From Octopus vulgaris (Eukaryota), in NCBI GenBank assembly GCA_951406725.2, contig OX597830.1:3596001-3660000 (forward strand): a DNA stretch of 64,000 bases. Reading direction: 5' to 3'. This document shows positions 1 to 12,675 of this stretch, in pieces (the first letter of the stretch is position 1; each line of letters starts with the position of its first letter). The notes beneath the pieces are model-generated. The model made no database searches and was not told where the DNA came from. It saw only the letters and a list, made by a program, of their open reading frames with translations. The translations under genes were made by a program, and so were the position numbers.

Positions 1-2100
1 ATATTACACACTTACCTATACCAAATGCCATGCCTATATCTTTGCTGAAGAGTCTTGCAGTCTGTATTAAGGGACCTGTCTCTTTTTCATTCTTACTAAA
101 ACGCTTCAGAACATCCATGTAGAGCAAATGGTTAATGTTTCCCTTACTATTTCTGAACTGATTCCCTGCCCTTGCTTTCCTTTCTACTAAACTGAATAGG
201 GTCAAACATAAGACAAATATTAAAGGGGACAACGATTCCACCTTGAAAATACCTCTATTAATATTAACTTTCCATAAAAGTGTGTCACCTGAGCATAGAT
301 CTACTTTAAATTTCTTCATACTAAAGCTAATTAATTCTCTTATATGTTATCTGCTATACTGAATATACCCAAACATTCATTTATCCAGGAGTGGGATCCT
401 GTCATAGGCTTTCCTATAATCTATCCATGCTATTGTTAGATTTTTCTTTCTAGCTTTTACTTCATTTAGAATTGCTTTGTCTACGTATAACAGATCATGC
501 GTTCCTCTAACCTTCTTCCTGCAGCCTTTCTGTTCTCCTTGTTGTCAAGGTGCTCGTCAACGCTTTCTGAAAGCATTCCTGTTAACAGTTTCCATACTAA
601 TAGTAAGCAAGTGGTTGGTCTATAGTCACTACCTGTATTACCCTTGCTCTTATCTTTCATAAGGAGTATTGTTCTCTTTCTAGTCATCCAATCTGGTATT
701 ATTACTCCATTATGGCAATCCTGAAGTTGTTCTCTCAGCCTCATATGTAGACTACTGAATTTCTTTAGCCAGTGCTCTTGAACTAACTCTGGTTCTGGGC
801 TCTTCCAGATATAGCATTTTTCCTAACACTTTAGTCATTAATGCACTAGTTAGTCTTAGATCTGGCTGCTTCTCACTCGCTACTGCTACCCTCACTTTCT
901 TTAACTATACTGCATCTCCATTATGATTGACTGGCTTATCCCAAATATTACTCCAGAACTTTCTTACTTCTCCTGCATTATGTTTCTTATCTTCAGTATT
1001 TCATTCTCCACTATTTATTTCGTTATGAAATCTCTGGTCTCTCTCAAATAATCTATTCTGTTGATTCTGATCTATTCTTTTCTGATATCTGGAAAGCTTA
1101 CCTGCTACTACTATGCTACGCTGTTTCAACTCTTCTATTACTGGTCCTAAATCTTTTCTCTTTGACTAAGTATCTTTTCTTGAAGGAAGATTTGCCTCTT
1201 GTGTTTCCTAACTTGTTCAGTTTCCAGGTTTCTATTCTACTCGGATCTTGTCTTAAAGTCTTCATTTTATTTTGTAATCTCTTTTTCCACAGTTGCTCTT
1301 TTGTAATCTTTCCTTGTGGAATATCTAATCTTCTGGTGACCCCTCCTGCATAGATCTATAAGTTAGTGTCTCCTATATTTTAAGTATCTATCCTACTAAT
1401 AACCAAATCTACTTTCCTTGTCATTTCTTACAGCATCCTTCTGTTGGTACCTTTTAATGCTGGCAATCTTTTTGTTATTTCTTTAGTCATTTATTTCCTG
1501 CAACTCATTTAAAATCTTTTAATCTTCCTCACCTAAATGACTTAAATCGCTGGGGCCACTTGTCCCTTCCTTTGTGGTTGTGCTATTATCATTGTTTCTT
1601 TAGCTTCTTCTTTAGTTTGAGCTGTATTTCTTATGTTCTTGCTCGTCTTTCCCACTGCCTGGTCTTTCTTTTCCAGTTCTCTTGTGACCCCTTCTCCCCT
1701 CCAGTTCTGTCACCCACTTCCTTCTCCAAATAGCATTAGCTTGATTGACTAATCTCTGCTCAGTCCCTTTAAACATACCCTTCCCTACCCAAAGCGTTAA
1801 CATCCATTTCCTATAGCCCCTCCTCTTAGGTTCACTTTCTAACTAGCACTGCATCACTATTCTGCTTCTTCACTGGTTCGCTTCTTCCTCCGTACTCAAT
1901 TATCTGCTTTTGCTGCTGCATTAGGATGACAGCTGTGGTCAGTCTGCATCTTTACCGAACCACTGCCAAGTGAGAGACCTTCCCTTAAATGTCAGGTTTG
2001 CTGTTACAACCAGAGTTTCTTCTGAAACTCCTGTCTTTCATAAACTGAAGTAAGGTAACATTCGGCACCAATATCATCCCCACTATCATTTCTCGACATC
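1..2100 (-). mobile_element. Decayed R4/Dong-clade non-LTR retrotransposon (N-terminal region plus RT), cut off by the left window edge
   Basis: Minus-strand translation, across stops and frameshifts, gives ESEPKRRGYRK-MLTLW-KGMF-TEQRLVNQANAI (R4/Dong-type N-terminus), [60 protein letters not shown] and INHLLYMD. Confidence 0.85.
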
Positions 2101-2562
2101 TGATACTTTCAAGCAACTTTCTTTTGCATCATTTACTGCACTTTTGTGCTGGTGAGGTGGTGTGTGCTGCATTTTGAAAATTTTGGTGGGGGGAGAGGGT
2201 GATGTTGCATTCCGTCAGTTTGTTTTGTTAGGTTGGCTGGTTTGAGGTTTCTGCTGTATTGTGTGTTATGGGGTGGAGGTTGTTTTCTTTTGTTGGGTAT
2301 CAGACTTCTATGGTATATGTTGTGGGCCTTGTTAATTTTGTTGGGTATTTACTGTATGAGTTTATTCCTGTACGTTTTTGGAGGAGTATTGCCTAATAGT
2401 GTCTGTAAATCATAACTCAAACATTTTATAGTATTTGTGGTAATCTGTCGATATTTTTTCTTTTGTTTTGGTTGGTTTTGTTATGAGTCTGGATTTACAG
2501 TATTTAGTTTTTGACAGAACGCTGCCCATGGACAAGTGTTGATGTTTCTTTCATATTTATAA

Positions 2563-2917
<355 letters not shown>

Positions 2918-3350
2918 TGAATGAGAGAGCAGTGTATGCCATCAAAGTGACACTTGGGTAAAATATGTGAAGCTCAGTATACATATCATGACTACCCATC
3001 TGATAAGGGTACACCAGGTACATGCATCACAACCATATGTGTATGACATGGTGATCTCCTATCATGACAAACAGCACATGACCTTGCAGGTGGGGCCCAG
3101 TTAGAATTTTCTTCAGGTTGAGTAGCCCATCCAGGTCAAAAGATCCCTGAATAAGCGTTGTTTAAAGATGTTGAATGAAACTACCATGTTTCCAGAGGTG
3201 AATTCTCCAAACTCCAAAGAATACCTCTCAACACATGTCTATGATGCTCACCTACGGCTTCTGCTTGTGACCAGAGATGCAAATATTGTCAGCCACTAAG
3301 GGACATGCTCAACTGATTAAGGTCAAGCAAATGACAAGCAAATCTGTGGT
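2918..3350. mobile_element. Probable interspersed repeat embedded in a (TTA)n tract
   Basis: A GC-richer 430-bp segment bounded on both sides by TTA repeats (ending at 2917, resuming at 3350). It resembles a repeat I recall from octopod DNA, but there is only one copy here. Confidence 0.4.
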
Positions 3351-3385
3351 ATTATTATTATTACTATTATTATTAATACACCTGA

Positions 3386-3598
3386 AGGCAACATCCTAGC
3401 AGAACTGTTACCATTCTGGACAAAATGTTTGATAGCATTTTGTCCATTTTTATGTTCTGAGATCAAATTCCAACAAAGATGACTTTGCTTTTCATCTTCA
3501 TCCTTTCCTGGTCTATAAGTACCAGTGGAATACTGGGGGTAAATGTAATCAACTTAACCCTCTCCTAAAATCCCTGCACCACAATTTGAAACCATTAT
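3386..3598 (+). mobile_element. Diverged SINE, family B
   Basis: Aligns by eye to 19960-20224 and 43610-43840 (GCAGAA..GTTA, GTTCTGAG.TCAAATTC, GACTTTGC.TTTCATC, AAGTACCAGT). Confidence 0.75.
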
Positions 3599-4110
3599 TA
3601 ATACATCTGATTTTGATGAATTAGCTGACGTTGGGTCTCAAATGTCAATTAAGGATGAAAGAATAACGTTAAGCTTAATTAATAGAATTTCAGTTTGATT
3701 ATTAATTAGTAAACCATTAGATATTACAGTGTTGAACTATTTTACAGGTAAGTAAGAAGTAGTTAACACATCTATGTCTCAGAGTATATTTTGAATTCTC
3801 TTAGCAGAATTTGATTTTCTGTAAAAGATATTAAATTATAAAAAAATTTTTGTTCCTTTTCAATTGGCAAGAATTTCATGAAAAAGAAATTTTTTTTTCT
3901 GCTCAATAATAAACTTGTATTTCAATAAATAACTCTCACCTATTCATAAATGAAAAAAAAAGGAAAAGAAAAGCAATAAAGACACAATGATGAAAAATAA
4001 AAGAAAAAAATCAACAACGAAAAAGTATACGTACCATGTAAAATAAAGTGAAAAAAAAAATGGCAAAAACAAGTGTAACTTTAAAAGAAGTTATGCTTGA
4101 AAGCTATTAC

Positions 4111-4206
4111 CTGGGTATTGGGTAAATTGATGATCATGGATACCAAATATTAACAAATAATGAAATATATCTGACATTGAATTTTCCTTTGAGTTAGACC
4201 ATTCTT
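4111..4206 (-). CDS. Isolated candidate coding exon (96 nt, phase 1-1), product unknown
   Basis: Minus strand: acceptor ttttcattccag, a single open frame EWSNSKENSMSDIFHYLLIFGIHDHQFTQYP, donor CAG|gtaata. No partner exons or recognisable homology. Confidence 0.2.
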
Positions 4207-4439
4207 CTGGAATGAAAATTATCTTTCTATTTTTATTTCTCATTTTCTTTATTATTATTTTTTTTTCTTTGTCTATCAAATAACATTACTCTGAAGTTCC
4301 AAGAACTTGATTTAGAGTTAGATATCTAATTCTTTCTCATAATTCCCGAATCTTTCATGAGAATTGGCAACGGTTAGTCATCATGCACTGTTGTTTGTCT
4401 TTCGATATTTCAATGTTACTTCCTATCTTCCTGTCACAT

Positions 4440-4480
4440 GCACACACACACACATACACACACACACATGTATACATACA

Positions 4481-4541
<61 letters not shown>

Positions 4542-4588
4542 GTATATACATATAAATATATATATATATTTATATGTATATAAATATG

Positions 4589-4640
<52 letters not shown>

Positions 4641-4648
4641 CATATATA

Positions 4649-4732
<84 letters not shown>

Positions 4733-4745
4733 ATGTGTATATATA
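4440..4745. repeat. Compound (CA)n/(TACA)n/(TA)n microsatellite
   Basis: Read directly; the source of the YIYI-type ORFs. Confidence 0.97.
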
Positions 4746-5575
4746 TGCTACCCACAATCTTGAGGCAATATATTACTCAACTATTTTCAGCTTGTCTAAT
4801 CTTTTCAAAAACAGAACAGTTGTAAAAATAATCCTTGTTATCTTTTTATGAATCATAAGATCTTATCGATGTAGCTCTGAAATTTCCAATATATCGTTTT
4901 TTTCTCATAATATAAACCTATATGTTCATGTAATGCCATAAATATGGTACCATACTCTTCCCACATATAGACCTTACTCCCATTTCATGTAGTGAGAATG
5001 TTTCAATTGATTTGGCTATGTAGACACAAGGCCTGGAAGTTTGAATGGAGACCACAATTAATTAAATCAAATCCAGTACTTAGTTTATGAACTTTAAGAA
5101 CAAGGTAAAGTCAACCTTTATGCAGTGAACTCATACAGCAACCATTTCAAGCTCATTTTTTTCCTGCTAAAGCAGTGTTCTTAGTCTTGCAAGACCCATG
5201 GCAGTCTTTTCCACTTTTCCTATCCTCGCTATTTCTTCTCTTTAACACCCTTGGCCTCCATTTCTTCTTCCATCATCTTTGGTCATATCTTTCTCAGTAT
5301 TCTTCTACCTTCTTCCACATTCATTTCAATCACTCCAATCCACCTTGACCACTCCCCTCCCCCTCAAGCCTTCCCCACCCTCGATTACTCCCTAACCCCT
5401 CAATCACTCCCCTCCCCCACAATGCATTACAGAAGCACCTCATCCCATGTCTTTTCCTGATGCTCAACAGTTTCTGATGACCAACCACATTGAGACAGAA
5501 ATAACAAATAATAGTTATGACAGACATGTGATTGATAGCAAATATTTGCAGCCTTAGCCTATGTCTGTTGCTATA

Positions 5576-5607
<32 letters not shown>

Positions 5608-5611
5608 AAAC

Positions 5612-5672
<61 letters not shown>

Positions 5673-5929
5673 AGCAACAGACTTGCATAATTTGGAAGAT
5701 TGAGGCCCAGTTAGAATGTGCAGTTTAAGTGATAATAATTGTTGAACCATAAAAAACATTAATTGTTCAAGTCTCTGTCTTCACAACTCTCAGAATCAGT
5801 AGTTTTCGAAGGTGTGTAAATGTGCACTGTTCTGCAAGAGATTTAAGAAAAAAGGAATATAACTTGAGGTTTTGGAAAATAAATACCAGTGTTTGATTGG
5901 TTTCATAAAATCTGCTTGCTTTCTTGCTA

Positions 5930-7450
5930 GAACCCTTGAGAGGCCTCTCTATCAAGCTGGGTGCTGGAGAGCTGTGTCAGCATCTGCAGATGACATCATT
6001 ACAAATGTGTTAGACATCACAGAAGTGGATGTCATTCGCTCCATTTTAAAGGAATATGAAGTGATGGCAGGAGCAGAAATAAATCTAAAAAGTCAATGGG
6101 CTTGTGACAAGTCTATGTCATCAAACAGCATCATCCATTCATGGCCAGATGGATTGGTTAAATTGCTCAAGTCGTCGTTTTGGTCCCAGTCATTAGCTGA
6201 ACAGGAAATTAGATGACATTATTAGCAGGGTGACCAGCCACACTAAGAAATGGTTCGAGAGGAAGCTTTCCTTGGAAGGCTGAACAGAAATGTTGAATGC
6301 CCACAACACCTCTATCATAACTTACCACCTGGCCATTGTTCCTTGCTGTGGTCCCTATTTATCCAGTTTGGAACATCTCTTTTTCCACTTGCTGAGGAAG
6401 GCATGTGTTCCACTGGTCAGTGGTTCAACTGTTGTCAACATCCTCAGGTACGTGGTCTCAGCATGCTGAGGTTGCTGATGCACAGATACTTTCTTAGGCT
6501 GTGACACCCTCAGATTTTCCTGCACTGAGAGCAGCTGTAGTCTTTGTAAGACATGCTTTTTTTGTAGCTCATCTCTTCCATGGAGTTGCAGTTTTGGGTC
6601 GAGAAAAGACCATGATTGGGCACCAGAATGTCAAGGACTCTTCACTCCTTACCTGCTATGCAATGCATTTGGTGGAGGTTCCAGTTTGAGTAAGAGTAAT
6701 AATGTTGTTAGGGAAACCCTGGACTTGTACAAAGATGAACTAAATGGTATTTCAAGAAACATTTGAATCAGGAATTACTACTAGACATCTTTGGTTTGGT
6801 AGTGCTGCTAAGGGCAGTTTAAGATGAACCCTACAAGCATGGAAGTCCTCTCTTGGCTGGTGTGCTCAAGATGCATGCAGAGTGACAGACCAAACGGTAT
6901 GCTCATTGGCCAAGTTCATCCACAAGATTGACCCCTACCCCTCAATTTTAACAAAGCAGAGTAGGCAGCATTCCTCTGTCTCATGGTTGTGGTGAAAGAG
7001 GTCCTGTGGTAGACAAAACTGAAAGGATTAAGGAGAGACCTTTTCCTCTTTGGCCCAGCACTCATCTATTAGTTTCAAGCACAACTTGGAAAGGAGGATG
7101 AGGATGATGGAGAGAGAAGTGCTCTCACTCAGCAAATTCATCAAAAGGTGGGTGAATGGAAGTACACTGAGCATGCGCCTGTAGAGTGGAGAAAATCAGT
7201 TGGGTTAGGGCTGGTGCACTTGTTAGTCAGAGAGGTCCTAGATCTTTAAGATTCCATGTTTGAAGGCAGCTCCACTCTACCAGCAGCACTGCATCATTTA
7301 TGTGTTCACATATTTTGTATCCTATGTCCATTTGCATCTCCTCTCCATTTCTTCCCATTTCTTATACAAACAGTGACACAAATCGTAAACTGCCTCCATA
7401 ACGCTTCCTCAGTAGATGCTCTGTGGCCTGGCAAATCATTTACATGTCAG
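5930..7450 (+). mobile_element. Decayed Tx1/L1-like LINE (RT C-terminal half and 3' region)
   Basis: VSASADDIITNVLDITEVDVIRSILKEYEVMAGAEINLKS resembles the L1/Tx1 pattern SAYADD...LxxYExxTGAKIN.KS. Fragments W.RRKLSLEG and CCQHP..GL.M follow, with many lesions. Confidence 0.7.
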
Positions 7451-7775
7451 ACAAATGACTTATTGACATTTCTCCTGCCTCTTTCACATTCTCAGTTCAA
7501 ATGCCACCCAGGTCAACTTTACTTTTTATCCCTTCAGGGGCAATGACATTTCAGTTAAGTAATGAGGGTGATGCAATTAACTATTCCCTCCCCTCACAAT
7601 AGCTGACCCTGTGTCAAAATATGAAGTCATCATTATTATTATTATTATTATTAAATATGTACATATATAAAGGTATATATATATGTATGTATACACACAC
7701 ACCTATGTATATATGTATATGTAAATATATGTATATATATACACACATGCATATACATAAATATATATATATATA

Positions 7776-7834
7776 TATACACAGGTGCTTATAATTATCA
7801 AGTACTCACCCCGAATTTCTATACTCAACTCACC

Positions 7835-7867
<33 letters not shown>

Positions 7868-8151
7868 ATGTATATATGGATATGTGTTGATTCGTTAGCT
7901 ACTGCAATTTTCTTTCTCTCCTTCTTTCTGTGTTTTTCTCTCTCTGTGTATCTTTCTGTTGAAGAGCGTAGGCTCGAAACGTTACTTGTTTTATTTATAT
8001 TTCCTGAGCGCCATACTAATACAATTGTTCGTTTGTTTTCCACCTGCCTTCGTCTTTTGTTTATTTTCATAAAGCTTCCCGTTATATATATATATACATA
8101 TATACCTATATATATAAACATATATATACATATATATACATATCCATATAT

Positions 8152-8182
<31 letters not shown>

Positions 8183-8239
8183 GGTGAGTTGAGTATAGAA
8201 ATTCGGGTAGTACTTGATAATTATAAGCACCTGTGTATA
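7776..8239. mobile_element. Element bounded by ~60-bp inverted repeats (7776-7836 / 8181-8239), enclosing (TA)n and a hammerhead-bearing segment
   Basis: TATACACAGGTGCTTATAATTATCAAGTACT..CCCGAATTTCTATACTCAACTCACCTA is the near-exact reverse complement of 8181-8239 (two 1-nt indels). Confidence 0.85.
7951..7984 (+). ncRNA. Degenerate minimal hammerhead ribozyme motif in a PLE-like segment (7884-8082)
   Basis: CUGUUGA (A6 to U), A, stem II GAGC-GUAG-GCUC, GAAA-CG-UU. The 3' strand of stem I is disrupted. Confidence 0.6.
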
Positions 8240-8269
8240 CCGTTTGGTGGTGTAGGTGGTGGAGTAAAT

Positions 8270-8366
8270 TGATCATTTTATTTTATTTTGATCAATTTAT
8301 TTTATTTTGATCAATTTATTTTATTTTGATCAATTTATTTTATTTTATTTTATTTTATTTTGATCA

Positions 8367-8370
<4 letters not shown>
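8270..8370. repeat. Short tandem repeat, unit about TGATCAATTTATTTTATTT (19 bp), ~5 copies
   Basis: Read directly. Confidence 0.9.
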
Positions 8371-8405
<35 letters not shown>

Positions 8406-8995
8406 CATCGTCATATATGCGTGTGTGTATGTGTTCCTTTACTGAAATCAAGACATCCATCTAACACTGTGGAGAATGGAAATAAGTGACTCACAATAGA
8501 AATGGTGAGGAGTCACCTTTGAATAGACAAATTAATTCTGTTACGTACACTGGACCTTCCACTTGTAAATCCAGACACACACACACAACTGATGGCATAT
8601 ATACACATTTATCACATTTTTGTGCTGCATGATTTATTCCAGCTGTCTATATCTTTAAAGTGTATGTCATGGAGACTTAGTCGTTGCACTAAATGTTCCA
8701 GCTTTGCCATTTATTGAGGTTTTTATAATACATGCCTTAGATACAAACTTTGTGGCTAAATTTCTCATCTCCACAAATGTATGTTCTTATACCCCCCCCC
8801 CCCACACACACACATATTATACATATAAAACAGAAATTGTACAGGAGTTGATTCATTTGAGTAAAAAATTCTTCAAGGCAGAGCCAAAGCATGTCTGCAG
8901 TCTACTGATTGAAATGAGTAAAAATCAAAATATACATTATACATATAAAATAGATATAAACATATCCACATGCATATATATATATATACATATAT

Positions 8996-9760
8996 AGGGT
9001 GCAATGGGTATATTGTTGCTATTTTATATTTTTTAATTTGGCACATGTGAGTTGTTTGTTTATGATTTTGTCAACTACACAGTATAGTAGGGCCAGCTGG
9101 ACACCATCTCTGAGAAAAACAGGACCATGACACAATCTGCTTTGCCAGAAATTTGGAAATAACATGCAGTACTCCTTGGCATTCACACTGGAAGCTCTAA
9201 TACAAACATTTCAAAGTGTTTGGCAGTCAATCTGAGGATAGTACATTCTGAGGACATGTACTGAGTATGATAAAAATCCCACATCCAGTCAACATCATGG
9301 TGTTTGGAGTGATCACCGATGGCGATGTTATGCCTCCATTCACCTTCCTACATGACTTCAATATCAACACAGAAGCCTACATCAAGTGCCTGGAGGCGGT
9401 AGTGCTGCCCTGGGTCAAGAGGGTGGCTGCTGGAAGACCCTACATGTGGCAACAGGACTCTGTACCATGCCACACAAGCAGGAGAATCTAGTCATGTCTG
9501 TCAGAGAATTTCTGCAACCCTATCACCCCTATTATCTGGCCACCTAACTCCCCTGACTGCAACCCCCTTGATTATTATGTGTATGGCACAGTTGAGTAAG
9601 AGACCAACAAAAGTCCTTGTAACACCAAAGATGAAATGAAGGCAAAGATTATGGCAGTATTCGCCAAATTAATCAAGGTGACCATCCAGAAGAGTTGCAG
9701 AAGATTCCAAAATTATCTGGAGGCCGTGGTTGAAGCCAATGGCAATTTTTTAGCCTTGGT
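8996..9760 (+). mobile_element. Internally deleted DD37D (maT-like) Tc1/mariner transposon, right end missing
   Basis: KIPHPVNIMVFGVITDGDVMPPF...WQQDSVPCHTSRRI*SCLSENF...WPPNSPDCNPLDYYV. There are 37 residues between the second and third catalytic Asp (counted). The left end resembles the TIRs of 16709-17531. Confidence 0.85.
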
Positions 9761-9767
9761 TGAAGCC

Positions 9768-10222
9768 AAAGAGAGGGAGAAAGAGCAGTTAAAGCCAAAC
9801 TTTAACGTGTTGAATGGCAGTTGTTTTTAAAATAAAAATAAAATAAAAACAGACGGACTTTTCTTCTTGGTAAGAAAATGATGTAAGACAGGCTAGATAG
9901 ATGAAGTCTATCTTATTAGTTACTGTGGTCAATAGAAAACTAGTTTCATGATTAATGTACAAGCTAAAGAAATCAATTTTTAAAAAATTAACTTAATTTA
10001 GAAGCACATTTTTCTATCTTCAGTTGTGTATACCATATTTTAAGAAAAAATATAACAACTATAAAATATATTTACCTTCATCTATCCACATCAATTTGTA
10101 ACCCAAGGTATTCAGTATATTGAAAACGGTAAGAAAGGGAGAAGAAATATACTTCTTCATCCACATTCAAATATGCTTTCTAATCTTTTGCTGGGCCAGT
10201 AGCAGCAAATTATGTATATATA

Positions 10223-10260
<38 letters not shown>

Positions 10261-10588
10261 TGTGTGTGTATATAAAGATAAAGAGAAGGAGAAAGAACAA
10301 GTAAAGCCGAACTCTGTGTTGAATGGCCATTGTTTTAAAAAAAAAATAAAATAAAAACAGACAGACTTTTCTCCTTGGTATGAAAATGATGTAAGACAGG
10401 CTAGATAGATGAAGTCTATCTTATTAGTTACTGTGGTCAATACAAAACTGGTTTCCTGATTAATGTACAAGCTAAAGAAATCAATTTTAAAAAATTAACT
10501 AAATTTAGAAGCACATTTTTCTATCTTCAGCTCTGTATACCATATTTTAAGAAAAAATATAACAACTATAAAATATATTTACCTTCAT
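9768..10588. repeat. Local direct duplication of ~310 bp (9768-10081 and 10280-10588)
   Basis: Near-identical text in both copies, e.g. GAAAATGATGTAAGACAGGCTAGATAGATGAAGTCTATCTTATTAGTTACTGTGGTCAATA. Confidence 0.95.
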
Positions 10589-10605
10589 ATATATATATAT
10601 ATATA

Positions 10606-10717
10606 TCACCATGATCGACCAGGCTATCAGATGTTGCTACACATCGCTGGTCACAATGCGCTTCGCATTGTTTTAGCCTTCAAATGACGCCACCCCACTG
10701 GCTAAGCGAGCAGGCCA
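10606..10717 (-). mobile_element. 3' fragment of SINE family C inside (TA)n
   Basis: Matches 61690-61797 (ACCAGGCTATCAGATGTTGCTACACATCGCTGGTCACAATGC). Confidence 0.9.
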
Positions 10718-12171
10718 TATATATATATATATATCATCATCATCATCATAATCATCATCATCGTCATTTTTTAATGTCCATATTCCATGGTAGCATGAGT
10801 TAAACAGTTTTTAGCTATTGAAGAATCTTGATTGAGTAACTGGATTCTCTGTGTAGTTTTGTTAATATCATGTAGCATCATAAGTTTTGGTTTCACCCTT
10901 GGTCAGTCTTGGTTGAGAAAAAATCTATGATGAACATTTTGACCAGAATCCAATGATTACAAGAACTGCATCATGTTCCAGTGTCTGCTTTGATATATTT
11001 TCTATGGCTGGATACCCTTCCAAACATCAGCCACTTCACAGTGTGTACCTCTGGCACACCATTAAGGTCACCATGTATTTTGCAAGTCAGCAAACTCAAG
11101 AAGGGTTTGCTGCATTCTTATGTTAGATGGGGGTTAAGTTATGAGGGAAGAGGTTGGGGTTAGGGGAGGTGCTTGTAGAAGGGCTACATGGCTACTCGTG
11201 TTTAGGAGAAAATGAGAATGAGGATGAAGTGGTGGTATCTCCAAAAAGATGAATTGTAGTGATGAGGTGTCCAGATGGTACCTCGGGTAGGAACAGTACT
11301 AGTGGGGGAATGAGAAAGGTTACAAAGATTGGAAAGGGTTGACGGGAGAAGATGTGCAAGTTGGGGTGGTTAGAGGGATGCTAGCAGCAGGGTAGTAATA
11401 AATGATGCTACCATTGACTGTAGGAGAAGAGAGTTGATGTATTCAGGTAGGCTGAAGGAGAATGAGAGAGAGAGGGAGAAAGAGGGTGAGAGTGAGAGGG
11501 AGAGGTATTAGTGGTAAATGTTCAGGTGGTAGTGATGAGGTGATAAGGTGGTTGCTGGCAGTAGTAGGGATGGTATCAGTCACAGCATGTTACAGGGACA
11601 GTCATCATAGTAGTGGTGATAATGTTGGTCATGGCTGTGATGAAGTTTGTAATTTATAGGAGTCACTGGCCCACACTGATCGATTATTGATCTTTGGATT
11701 AAGATGGTAGATGTGATAAGGAATCCTTGATATGAAGATTTCCTGTATTTCTCTCTGTGGCTAACATGGACATGTGGTTGTGGAAGGAGGATGTATTTGT
11801 TGTCAGTAGTTTATCCGGTAGGATGTGAAACAGTTGGGCCAAATCATGTATTTTTGTGCAGGGTTGTTGTTCCATATGAGTTCTTTTTGTTGACATGCAA
11901 CTACACAGCCCCTAATAAAATATTGAAACCGTCCTTAAGACCCCAGATGTGGTCATCTCATTAAAGTGAGGAATCCTCAGGAAGCAGGTGCTAGAGAGAT
12001 TCCTCTTGTCATTTTTATTCCGTTTGTATCCATGCAGAGTGTTCACAATGGGTGCCGGGGACTTGTTAATTCGAGGAATGCTGAGGAACTGGGTGACTCG
12101 AGTGGCTCTGTCACTGTGTAATGGAAACAGGCAGTTTCATTCTGTATGTAGCCAATTTTAGCACTAATGTG

Positions 12172-12216
<45 letters not shown>

Positions 12217-12491
12217 TATGCTCATTAAATATTTTGAGCAACAGTGAAAGAGTAATAAAAAAAGAATATTTCCCCTCTCAGAGAATTGTGTTTCAATGTG
12301 AACCTGACTTGCGAAAACGAAGTTTGATCTGAAACACTTAAAAGAAAACAAGCAAAAAAAAAAAAAATATTGGTTACTAAAAATTTGTCAAATTTTTCTA
12401 AAAGAAGCAATCAGAAATTGCTGAAAGAAATATATGTAGATGTAATTCAATATAGAATATATTCTATAAAAGCAGCTACAGGGAAATTATC

Positions 12492-12492
<1 letters not shown>

Positions 12493-12584
<92 letters not shown>

Positions 12585-12675
12585 ATTGTTGTTGTTGTTG
12601 TTGTTGTTGTTGTTATCATTATTATTATTATTATCTTTATCATTATTATTATTATTTGTTGTTGTTGTTATTATT
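12493..12675. repeat. (TTA)n/(TTG)n microsatellite
   Basis: Read directly; the source of the poly-Leu ORF. Confidence 0.97.

Noticed and set aside
5473-5505. CTGATGA...GAAA as a hammerhead
   Set aside because: No convincing stems I or II.
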